DNA of 24,000 bases, from NCBI GenBank assembly GCA_018266845.1, contig JAFDZO010000033.1, positions 39,014-63,013 of the forward strand, read 5' to 3'. The translations under genes were made by a program, and so were the position numbers. Below, piece after piece: positions 7,687-15,752 of this stretch; positions within the stretch are counted from its first letter, which is position 1, and every line of letters starts with the position of its first letter. The DNA comes from Bacteroidota bacterium. Lineage in GTDB: Bacteria; Bacteroidota; Ignavibacteria; Tepidaquicellales; Tepidaquicellaceae. The notes under the pieces were generated by a model that saw only the letters and a program-made list of their open reading frames with translations, had not been told where the DNA came from and did not search any database.

Positions 7687-8357
7687 TGAACTCTCAAAGG
7701 TTACATATAGTAAAAGAGGAAGTTTCAGAGCATTTAAAATTTACGGTTATCTCCGTCCTTCTTTGCCTTTCCCTTATCCTTGTTATAAATAAATTCGCGC
7801 AAGGATACATGAATGAAACAACATTCAGCAGTATTCATTATATCCATTTATTTCTTGCTACTATTACTCCCGTTGCAATATATTATGCTTTCAATCCAGA
7901 TGTTGTTCGCGCAATCGGCGTTGGTATTTTATCGTCCTCTATAGGATGTACAGTCAGTGATTCCGTTTTTCCTTATATAGGCGGACACTTATTCGGATAC
8001 GATATGAAGCTGCACATCTGCATTCTCGAAGAGCCGCAATATGCGTGGGCTGCAATTTTTATAGGAGCATTTGCCGGGATTTTTCTTCCCCGCTTATTTA
8101 AAAAAATTACACACGTAACACATTTTGTTCATACATTCGCAGCTACCACCGCTGCAATAGTTTACCTTCTAACATTCGGATTTACCGGCAGCGATACAAT
8201 TCAGATAATTTATTTGATAATAATCCTTTTCATCTCAGTTTTAGTACCCTGTTTATTGAGTGATATTGTAATTCCAAGTTTAGTATTTTCTGAATCAAGC
8301 TTTAATGAGATTATGGAACATCACCACAGCCATAGTCATAGCCACAATCACGATTAA
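7686..8357 (+). CDS. Uncharacterised 6-TM membrane protein with a duplicated C-x-x-S-D motif and a C-terminal His tail
   Basis: 223 aa with six hydrophobic segments. GCTVSDSVFP (nt 7947-7961 for CTVSD) lies in TM3 and PCLLSDIVIP (nt 8250-8264 for CLLSD) in TM6. The C-terminus is MEHHHSHSHSHNHD. The start overlaps the upstream stop by 1 nt (TAATG at 7684-7688). I recognise no family. Confidence 0.75.
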   Translation: MNSQRLHIVKEEVSEHLKFTVISVLLCLSLILVINKFAQGYMNETTFSSIHYIHLFLATITPVAIYYAFNPDVVRAIGVGILSSSIGCTVSDSVFPYIGGHLFGYDMKLHICILEEPQYAWAAIFIGAFAGIFLPRLFKKITHVTHFVHTFAATTAAIVYLLTFGFTGSDTIQIIYLIIILFISVLVPCLLSDIVIPSLVFSESSFNEIMEHHHSHSHSHNHD

Positions 8358-8363
8358 AGAAAA

Positions 8364-10157
8364 ATGCCAAATACAAAAAAGATTAAGCCGGAAATTTTTT
8401 TAAAAGCAAAAAAATTCGGCTTTTCCGATAAGCAGCTTGCCGAAATTTTAAACACAACAGAAGATAAAATAAAAAAATACAGGGAAGAGAATAATATATT
8501 CCCTGTGTATAAAACCGTTGATACCTGCGCCGCTGAGTTTGAAGCAAACACTCCTTATCATTATTCTACCTATGAAAAATACAATGAGGTAACATCATCA
8601 GATAAAGAAAAGATTATTATTTTAGGAGGGGGACCGAACAGAATAGGGCAGGGAATTGAGTTCGATTACTGTTGTGTGCGCTGTGTAAAAGCACTGCGTG
8701 AAGAGGGATATGAAGTGATAATGATTAACTGCAATCCCGAAACTGTTTCAACTGATTACGACATTACCGATAAGCTTTACTTCGAGCCGCTGACAGTTGA
8801 AGACGTGATGAATATAGTTCGCTACGAAAAAAATGTAAAAGGAATAATTGTCAGCTTTGGGGGACAGACTCCGTTAAAGCTTTCCAAAGAGCTTGAAAAA
8901 AACGGATTAAAAATTCTCGGCACTTCTTCGGAAGATATTGACGTTGCAGAGGATAGGAAAAAATTCGGAAAGCTTCTCGATAAATTGAAAATTCCAAAGC
9001 CCGATTATGGCACTGCTTTAGATTTAAAAGAAGCAAAGAAAATTGCAAACAAAATCGGCTACCCTGTTCTTGTCCGTCCTTCGTATGTACTCGGCGGAAG
9101 AGCAATGCAGATTGTTTATAACGATGAGCAGCTCACTGAATTTTTCTTTGAAGCAGCAAAGCTTTCTGGCAAGCACCCTGTATTGATTGATAAATTTTTA
9201 GAGGAGGCGCGAGAGATTGATGTTGATGCAATCGGCGACGGCAAAGATGTTTACATAGGGGGAATTATGCAGCACATTGAGGAAGCCGGAATTCATTCCG
9301 GCGACAGCACTTCAATTCTTCCTCCCATTTCTCTTTCAAATAAAAATTTAAAAGAGATAAAAGATTATACCAAAAAGCTAGCAAGAGCATTGAATGTAAA
9401 AGGTTTATTGAATATTCAATATGCCATCAAGGATAATGTTGTGTATGTCATTGAAGCGAATCCAAGAGCATCGCGAACGGTTCCATTTGTAAGTAAAACC
9501 ACTGGAGTACAGCTTGCTACCATTGCAGCGAAAGTTATTGCAGGAAAAGAGCTGAAAGATTTTAAGCTGAAAAAGTTTGATGACATAGAGTACATAGGAA
9601 TAAAAGAATCTGTTTTTCCGTTCCAGAAATTTCCGAAAGTAAAAATGTTTCTTGGTCCCGAAATGCGCTCGACGGGAGAGGTGATGGGTATCGGCTCAAC
9701 ATTCGGTGAGGCAATGTTGAAGGCACAAACTTCAACAGGAAATCCATTACCCATTGAAGGAAAAATTTTCGTAAGCTTAAACAATAACGATAAAAAACCA
9801 AAGTCATTAAAAATTGTTAAGCAGTTTGCCGAACTTGGTTTCGGAATCATTGGAACAATCGGTACCGCAAAATATCTTAATGAAAACGGAATAGAGGCAG
9901 AGCCGGTATTTAAAGTTCTTGAAGGAAGACCGAATGTTGTGGATAGAATAAAGAACGGCGACATAAAGCTTGTGATAAATACTCCGCTGGGTAAGGAATC
10001 GCGTTATGATGAATACTCTATAGGGTGGGCTGCAGTGCAGCAGAAAATTCCGTTTATTACGACACTTTCCGCTGCAGAATCAGTTGTTCAGGGGATTCAA
10101 AATTTGAAATCAGGCAAAAAAGATGTAAAGAGCCTGCAGGAATATTACACAAAATAG
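8364..10157 (+). CDS. carB: Carbamoyl-phosphate synthase large subunit, C-terminal half only (split carB)
   Basis: 597 aa. It starts inside the oligomerisation domain (FGFSDKQLAEIL...FPVYKTVDTCAAEFEANTPYHYSTYE). It continues through the second ATP-grasp unit (IIILGGGPNRIGQGIEFDYCCV, GYPVLVRPSYVLGGRAMQIV, IEANPRASRTVPFVSK). It ends with the MGS-like allosteric domain (GKIFVSLNNNDK...LVINTP). No first ATP-grasp half lies upstream. Confidence 0.9.
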   Translation: MPNTKKIKPEIFLKAKKFGFSDKQLAEILNTTEDKIKKYREENNIFPVYKTVDTCAAEFEANTPYHYSTYEKYNEVTSSDKEKIIILGGGPNRIGQGIEFDYCCVRCVKALREEGYEVIMINCNPETVSTDYDITDKLYFEPLTVEDVMNIVRYEKNVKGIIVSFGGQTPLKLSKELEKNGLKILGTSSEDIDVAEDRKKFGKLLDKLKIPKPDYGTALDLKEAKKIANKIGYPVLVRPSYVLGGRAMQIVYNDEQLTEFFFEAAKLSGKHPVLIDKFLEEAREIDVDAIGDGKDVYIGGIMQHIEEAGIHSGDSTSILPPISLSNKNLKEIKDYTKKLARALNVKGLLNIQYAIKDNVVYVIEANPRASRTVPFVSKTTGVQLATIAAKVIAGKELKDFKLKKFDDIEYIGIKESVFPFQKFPKVKMFLGPEMRSTGEVMGIGSTFGEAMLKAQTSTGNPLPIEGKIFVSLNNNDKKPKSLKIVKQFAELGFGIIGTIGTAKYLNENGIEAEPVFKVLEGRPNVVDRIKNGDIKLVINTPLGKESRYDEYSIGWAAVQQKIPFITTLSAAESVVQGIQNLKSGKKDVKSLQEYYTK

Positions 10158-10158
10158 T

Positions 10159-10551
10159 TTATACTAATATATCACTCGTTAAATAAAATCTTCCTATCTT
10201 TGCCTCAACTTTTTCTCCGTTATCTTTTTCAAAACAATAATATCCTTCCATTGTTCCCCAGTCAGTATCAAGCGGAGTAAAGCTTGAGTATTCAAAATAC
10301 TGCCCGGGCTTTAAATAAGGGAACTGCCCGACAACCCCTTCGCCTTTAACTTCATTTTCATCGCCGTCAGCATTTATGATAAGCCAGTAGCGCGAAAGCA
10401 ATTGCAGATTATCTTCGCTGTTATTTGTGATGCGAATGTTATATATAAAGAAGAATAATTTTTTATCCGGTTCGGAACGCTCAGGAATAAATTCGGGAGC
10501 TACCTCTATTCTTATTCCGTCGGTTGTAGTATCTGAATTTGGATTTGTCAT
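10159..10551 (-). CDS. apaG: ApaG (DUF525) protein
   Basis: 130 aa. IRIEVAPEFIPERSEPDKKLFFFIYNIRITNNSEDNLQLLSRYWLIINADGDENEVKGEGVVGQFPYLKPGQYFEYSS...GTMEGYY is the canonical ApaG layout. It lies 15 nt downstream of tex on the same strand. Confidence 0.85.
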   Translation of the reverse strand: MTNPNSDTTTDGIRIEVAPEFIPERSEPDKKLFFFIYNIRITNNSEDNLQLLSRYWLIINADGDENEVKGEGVVGQFPYLKPGQYFEYSSFTPLDTDWGTMEGYYCFEKDNGEKVEAKIGRFYLTSDILV

Positions 10552-10566
10552 GCTTTTATGATAAAT

Positions 10567-12795
10567 CTATTTTTTAAACTTTTCAAGTAATAATTTCAGT
10601 TTGTCTTCCTTCTCCTTATTCTTATCTGCTTTGGGTTTATGCTCCTTGCTTACAGGTTTTGAACCCGGCTCTTTCATGCTAAGCTGAATTCTTTTTCTTG
10701 CTAAGTCAACTTCAACGACCGTTACTTCAACTTTTTGAGCAACCTTTAAAACCTCGGCAGGATTTTTTATATACCTGTCTGTAATCTGGCTGATGTGCAC
10801 AAGCCCGTCCTGGTGAACACCTATATCAACAAATGCTCCGAATGCAGTTAAGTTCGTTACAATTCCCGGCAGCTTCATTCCCGGTTTTAAATCTTCCGGC
10901 TTTTCTATTCCTTCGGCAAATTTAAACAGCTCGAATTTTTGCCTTGGGTCACGTCCGGGCTTAGCAAGCTCTTCCATTATATCTGTTAATGTCGGAAGTC
11001 CTACAGTTTCGGTTACATATTTATTTATATCAATTTTTTTCTGTAGCTCCTCTGTGTGCATCAGTTCTTCAACAGTGCATTCCAAATCTTTAGCCATCTT
11101 ATAAACTATCTCATAGCTTTCAGGGTGAACGGCGGACGCATCTAACGGATTTTTTGCATCTCTTATTCTTAAAAATCCTGCTGCCTGTTCAAATGCTTTG
11201 TTGCCGAGACGCGGTACTTTTAAAATTTCCTCGCGTGATTTAAATCCGCCTTTTTCATTTCTGTATTCAATAATTCCTTTGGCAAGTTTTGGTCCTAGAC
11301 CTGAAACGTAAGTGAGCAATTCCTTGCTCGCTGTGTTTAATTCTACGCCAACTTTATTTACGCAGCTAATAACAACATCATCAAGCTTATCTTTCAGAGC
11401 TTTCTGGTCAACATCGTGCTGATATTGTCCTACGCCGATTGACTTCGGGTCAATTTTTACAAGCTCTGCAAGCGGGTCCATCAGTCTTCTTCCTATGGAA
11501 ACCGAACCTCTCACGGTAACATCGTAATCAGGAAATTCCTCTCTCGCAACTTCCGATGCAGAATAAATTGATGCGCCTGATTCATTCACCATTATCACAG
11601 GAATATCTCTTCCGAAATCAACTGTCTTTACAAATGCATCCGTCTCGCGGCTTGCGGTACCATTGCCGATGGCGATAACTTCTGCTTTATATTCTTCGGC
11701 GAGCTTCACTAATTTCTGCTCGGCAAGTTTTTTCATCGCTTCGGACTGCGTCGGATAAATTGTATCGTTCTTCAAAAGTTTTCCGTTTGCATCAAGGCAA
11801 ACAATTTTACATCCCGTTCGGAATCCCGGGTCAATTGCAAGCACTCTCTTTTCTCCAAGTGGAGCGGCGAGCAGAAGCTGACGTAAATTATCTGCGAACA
11901 CAGCGATCGCTTCCTTGTCGGCATTCTCTTTGCTGAACACTCTTATCTCCGTTTCCATTGAGGGACCAAGTAGTCTTTTGTAAGAATCATCAATAGCAGT
12001 TTTTACCTGTGAGGCAGAATCATTATTTCCTTTTACAAAAATGCTTTGAAGTGTCATTACGGCTTCTTCCGTTTCGGGTTCGGCTTTCAGCATTAAAAAT
12101 CCTTCGTTCTCTCCTCTTCTCATTGCCAGCACACGGTGCGAGGGGGCAGCATTTATCGGCTCGCGCCACTCAAAATAATCCCTGTATTTAATTCCTTCTT
12201 CCTCTTTGCCTGAAACAACTTTTGAAATGAACAACCCTTTCTTCTGATAGAGTTCTCTCATTTTTTCCCGGGCTTCCTGATTTTCACTTACCCACTCTGC
12301 AATAATATCTCTTGCTCCCTGTAATGCTTCTTCTATAGTGTTAACGCCTTTTTCTGCATCAATATATTTTTCTGCTTCGGTTATAACATCTATTGTTTCC
12401 TGTGAAAAAAGAATTTCACCAAGAGGTTCAAGTCCTTTTTCCTTTGCAACAGTTGCGCGCGTTCTTCTCTTCGGTCTGTATGGGAGATATATATCTTCAA
12501 GCTCCGTCATTGTTTCGGCAGCTTCTATTTTTTCTTTTAATTCATCGGTAAGTAATTGTCTTTCCTCGAGTGAGTTAAGTATTGCCTGTCTTCTTTTATC
12601 AAGCTCTTCTAACTGGATAATTCTGTCTCTGATAGCTGTAATTACTACTTCATCAAGGCTGCCCGTAACTTCTTTTCTGTATCGCGCTATAAACGGAACT
12701 GTTGCCTCTTCGCTTAATAACTGCGCAACTGCAAGCACCTGTTTTTGTGTTATGGAAAGTTCGGCAGCAATTTTCTTTACGTGTAAAGGGTTCAT
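10567..12795 (-). CDS. tex: Tex-family transcription accessory protein (YqgF/HhH/S1 domains)
   Basis: 742 aa. The Tex N-terminus is ELSITQKQVLAVAQLLSEEATVPFIARYRKEVTGSLDEV. A YqgF-like block follows (VLAIDPGFRTGCKIVCLD). The C-terminal S1 domain is GMKLPGIVTNLTAFGAFVDIGVHQDGLVHISQI. Confidence 0.95.
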   Translation of the reverse strand: MNPLHVKKIAAELSITQKQVLAVAQLLSEEATVPFIARYRKEVTGSLDEVVITAIRDRIIQLEELDKRRQAILNSLEERQLLTDELKEKIEAAETMTELEDIYLPYRPKRRTRATVAKEKGLEPLGEILFSQETIDVITEAEKYIDAEKGVNTIEEALQGARDIIAEWVSENQEAREKMRELYQKKGLFISKVVSGKEEEGIKYRDYFEWREPINAAPSHRVLAMRRGENEGFLMLKAEPETEEAVMTLQSIFVKGNNDSASQVKTAIDDSYKRLLGPSMETEIRVFSKENADKEAIAVFADNLRQLLLAAPLGEKRVLAIDPGFRTGCKIVCLDANGKLLKNDTIYPTQSEAMKKLAEQKLVKLAEEYKAEVIAIGNGTASRETDAFVKTVDFGRDIPVIMVNESGASIYSASEVAREEFPDYDVTVRGSVSIGRRLMDPLAELVKIDPKSIGVGQYQHDVDQKALKDKLDDVVISCVNKVGVELNTASKELLTYVSGLGPKLAKGIIEYRNEKGGFKSREEILKVPRLGNKAFEQAAGFLRIRDAKNPLDASAVHPESYEIVYKMAKDLECTVEELMHTEELQKKIDINKYVTETVGLPTLTDIMEELAKPGRDPRQKFELFKFAEGIEKPEDLKPGMKLPGIVTNLTAFGAFVDIGVHQDGLVHISQITDRYIKNPAEVLKVAQKVEVTVVEVDLARKRIQLSMKEPGSKPVSKEHKPKADKNKEKEDKLKLLLEKFKK

Positions 12796-12816
12796 TATTT
12801 CTCAGTGAAAATTTTC

Positions 12817-12856
12817 ATTATAAAATAAATATGCCATCTCAAACAACAGATGGCAT
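12817..12856 (-). terminator. Hairpin plus U-rich tail after the tandem paralog pair and just upstream of tex
   Basis: ATGCCATCT (12831-12839) pairs with AGATGGCAT (12848-12856) around an 8-nt loop. On the minus strand it is followed by ATTTATTTTATAAT. It lies only ~22 nt from the tex ATG, so it could instead belong to the tex 5' UTR. Confidence 0.4.
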
Positions 12857-12939
12857 TGTGGAATTGTTTATGTAATTTAAATTTAAAAAGTAAAATTTAT
12901 AATACAGAAAAAATTATATTGCGTTGAATGGTCTGTTAA

Positions 12940-13518
12940 TCATTCATTCTCTTTCACACCTTTTTTGATTAATCTTTTTATTATCTCAAATTTTTTATGA
13001 CGTTCATATTTAGATATATTCAGTACTTCATATTCTTTCGAGTCCAGAAAAAATACTGAAGTCAATAACGCAACGGGAATTGCTGTTACTAATCCGAATA
13101 AAAATTCTGTCCCTATTCTATCTGCCACCGTGGGTTTACCGCTGCCATCTCCTACGGGATTAATTTTCCCTTCAATTGCTCCCAAAGTAAATCCAATACC
13201 AAAACCTATCAGTGCTCCGTTTCGAATTATCTCTCCTTTGCTTAATCCAACCTTATATCCAAATTTATTTATCCTGTCAAATACTACTTTTCTTTCTTTG
13301 AATTTATTTTCATTGGAGTTTTGCCCGTAAATTGTTTCATCAAATGAAAGAGAAATGGAATCTAAATTTGTTATTCTTATATCTTCAAAATTGATTTCTT
13401 CCTTATCATAATTTGTGAATGAAATATAGAAGACGGGATCGGTTTTAAAAGTACTGACTTTCTGTGCAAAAATATTTGATGCTGCTAAAACTAATAAAGC
13501 AAAAATTATTTTCTTCAT
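12940..13518 (-). CDS. Secreted glycine-zipper protein of unknown function (paralog B)
   Basis: 192 aa with signal peptide MKKIIFALLVLAASNIFA/Q. It has an RINKFGY motif, a glycine zipper GALIGFGIGFTLGAIEG, a second hydrophobic segment FLFGLVTAIPVALLTSVFF, and the C-terminal KEYEVLNISKYERHKKFEIIKRLIKKG. The architecture matches the upstream gene, and the two overlap by 4 nt (13515-13518). Confidence 0.75.
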   Translation of the reverse strand: MKKIIFALLVLAASNIFAQKVSTFKTDPVFYISFTNYDKEEINFEDIRITNLDSISLSFDETIYGQNSNENKFKERKVVFDRINKFGYKVGLSKGEIIRNGALIGFGIGFTLGAIEGKINPVGDGSGKPTVADRIGTEFLFGLVTAIPVALLTSVFFLDSKEYEVLNISKYERHKKFEIIKRLIKKGVKENE

Positions 13519-14087
13519 TCGTCTTTGTTAAATTCTATGCCTTTGGAAATTAATCTGTTTATTACTTCGTATTTTTTTGAAGATTGGTATGATGATAAAT
13601 TTACACTTTCATATTCCTTTGCACCGATTGCAGTTATTCCTCCAACAACGGAACCTGTAATAGCTCCGAATATAAGTCCTCCAAGTGCTCCATCCAGTGT
13701 ATGATTCTCATAACTCTCGGAGAGCTTAATGCTACCTGCTACAGCACCTAAAACTAAGCCCGTGCCTATTCCAATTGCAGCTCCGGTTCCGATTCTTTCA
13801 CCTACTGTCGAATTGGCAAGATATCCGAAAGAATTTATTTTGTCCAACTTTATTTTATAATTAAGTATCTTTGGCGGAGTAATATTATCGCCTCTTGTAT
13901 AGATTCGTGTAAGATATAAATTGTTTGAATCAACTGAAACAAGTGCTGCTTTGTTCAAAGTAACTTCGTTATTGGTACTATCTTTAAATGTAATTGTAAA
14001 AATGTAATCAGATTTAGCGGATGAGTTTTCCTGAGAAAAAATAAAACCGGAATAGAATAAAAAGAGAACAATGAGAAGTTTTTTCAT
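13515..14087 (-). CDS. Secreted glycine-zipper protein of unknown function (paralog A)
   Basis: 190 aa with signal peptide MKKLLIVLFLFYSGFIFS/Q. It has a KINSFGY motif, the zippers GTGAAIGIGTGLVLGAVAGS and GALGGLIFGAITGSVVGGITAIGA, and the C-terminal KEYESVNLSSYQSSKKYEVINRLISKG. Confidence 0.75.
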   Translation of the reverse strand: MKKLLIVLFLFYSGFIFSQENSSAKSDYIFTITFKDSTNNEVTLNKAALVSVDSNNLYLTRIYTRGDNITPPKILNYKIKLDKINSFGYLANSTVGERIGTGAAIGIGTGLVLGAVAGSIKLSESYENHTLDGALGGLIFGAITGSVVGGITAIGAKEYESVNLSSYQSSKKYEVINRLISKGIEFNKDE

Positions 14088-14093
14088 AGGAGA

Positions 14094-15722
14094 TTATTTA
14101 AATTTTGAGGCAATTGCCTTAGCAACATTCTGCCCGTCCAGAGCGGCAGAAATTATGCCTCCCGCATATCCTGCGCCTTCACCGCAGGGGAAAAGGTTTC
14201 TTATTTGAATGTGCTGATAATCAATTTTGTTCCGCGGAATTTTTATCGGCGAGCTGGTGCGGGATTCCGTTCCTATCATCATTCCTTCATCAGAAAAATA
14301 TCCTCTCATTTTTTTTCCGAAATCAATAAAGCCCTGTTTCAGTCTTTCCGAGAAAAATTTTGGTAAAAGATTTTCCAGATAATAAGAATATACGCCCGGT
14401 ATATATGATGTGTCATTTAGAATGGAGGAGACTTTACCGTTTACAAAATCAGTAATTTTTTGCGCAGGTGCCTGCTGAGTTTCTTTTCCCGATGCGTTAA
14501 AAAATCTTTTTTCTATTATTGATTGAATTAATAAGCCGTCAAATTCTTCGGGCAGCTCATTTACATTATATTCTTTTTTAAAGTAGTCTCTAATTTCATC
14601 TGCCTCATCGGTATATATTTCACCAAGGATTTTTTTAAAATCTTCTGTTTCAATAGCCACTACAATTCCCGAGTTTGCAAATTTTGAATCCCTGCGCGAC
14701 ATTGACATACCGTTAACAACCAATTCATTCGGCGCAGTTGCAGCGGGCACAATCAAACCCCCCGGACACATACAAAATGAAAACACTCCTCTGCCGTTTA
14801 CCTGAGTAACTAATTTATAACTTGAAGCGGGGAGAAACTTATCACGGATTTTTTGCCTGTATTGTATTTCATCAATCATTGCCTGAGGATGCTCTGCTCT
14901 CACACCCATTGCAAACGGCTTTGCTTCAATGTGAATATTTTTTTTACTGCATAGAAAAAATATATCGCGCGCCGAGTGCCCCGTTGCAAGAATTACTGCA
15001 TCGGCAAGATGTTCTTCTTTATCATTTACTATAACTCCTTTAATAGAATAGTTCTCAATAATAAAATCCGTTACCTTAGAATCAAAATAAATCTCTCCGC
15101 CGAATTCAAGAATACTCTCTCTGATTTTTTGCACTACTCCCGGCAGCTTGTTAGAGCCGATGTGTGGATGTGCTTCGATTAATATTTCGGAATTTGCTCC
15201 GTGCTCGACTAATATCTTTAAAGCTTTATCAATATCGCCCCGTTTGTGTGAACGTGTATATAGCTTTCCGTCGGAGTATGTTCCCGCGCCGCCTTCTCCG
15301 AAACAATAATTTGAGTTAGGATTTACAATACTGAATTGCTGTAATGCCCGCAAATCTTTTCTTCGCGTGCGCGCATCTTTTCCTCTATCGAATATAACAG
15401 GTTTTATTCCATGTTCGATTAACTCCAATGCAGCAAAATATCCTGCAGGACCTGCGCCAATGATAATAACTTTTTTATTGGGAGTAACTTTGTGGTAAAA
15501 AGATTTTACTTCCGGCTGCTCTTTGGGAAGCTCGTTTACATAAGCGTTGATAAGTAAGTTTACTCTGGGGGATTTCGACCGCGCATCTATCGAGCGGCGG
15601 ATTTTTTCTATGTGAAGATTATCTGATTTTTTTAATGATAATTTTTTTCGCGTGATTTCAAAAATAAAATTATCATCGTGGGATTCTTTCGGCGAAAGAA
15701 TTAACTCTATTCTTTTAATCAT
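14094..15722 (-). CDS. FAD-dependent oxidoreductase, COG2509-type (uncharacterised flavoprotein)
   Basis: 542 aa. Dinucleotide-binding motif VIIIGAGPAGYFAALEL. The blocks FGEGGAGTYSDGKLYTR, ILATGHSARD, FSFCMCPGG and FPCGEGAGYAGGIISAALDG are typical of this family as I remember it. Confidence 0.85.
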   Translation of the reverse strand: MIKRIELILSPKESHDDNFIFEITRKKLSLKKSDNLHIEKIRRSIDARSKSPRVNLLINAYVNELPKEQPEVKSFYHKVTPNKKVIIIGAGPAGYFAALELIEHGIKPVIFDRGKDARTRRKDLRALQQFSIVNPNSNYCFGEGGAGTYSDGKLYTRSHKRGDIDKALKILVEHGANSEILIEAHPHIGSNKLPGVVQKIRESILEFGGEIYFDSKVTDFIIENYSIKGVIVNDKEEHLADAVILATGHSARDIFFLCSKKNIHIEAKPFAMGVRAEHPQAMIDEIQYRQKIRDKFLPASSYKLVTQVNGRGVFSFCMCPGGLIVPAATAPNELVVNGMSMSRRDSKFANSGIVVAIETEDFKKILGEIYTDEADEIRDYFKKEYNVNELPEEFDGLLIQSIIEKRFFNASGKETQQAPAQKITDFVNGKVSSILNDTSYIPGVYSYYLENLLPKFFSERLKQGFIDFGKKMRGYFSDEGMMIGTESRTSSPIKIPRNKIDYQHIQIRNLFPCGEGAGYAGGIISAALDGQNVAKAIASKFK

Positions 15723-15752
15723 AGTTCACTATTTATGTGAAAATATTTTTGA

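Noticed and set aside
8364-10157. The carB half as a truncated pseudogene.
   Set aside because: The reading frame is intact for 597 codons with all second-half catalytic and allosteric motifs preserved and a clean ATG. This is more consistent with a functional split gene than with decay.
10155-10161. Convergent stop codons of carB (TAG at 10155-10157) and apaG (TAA at 10159-10161) separated by 1 nt, with no terminator. The same occurs at 4048-4059.
   Set aside because: Tight convergent packing is real, but it is common in compact genomes. There is no additional structure to interpret.
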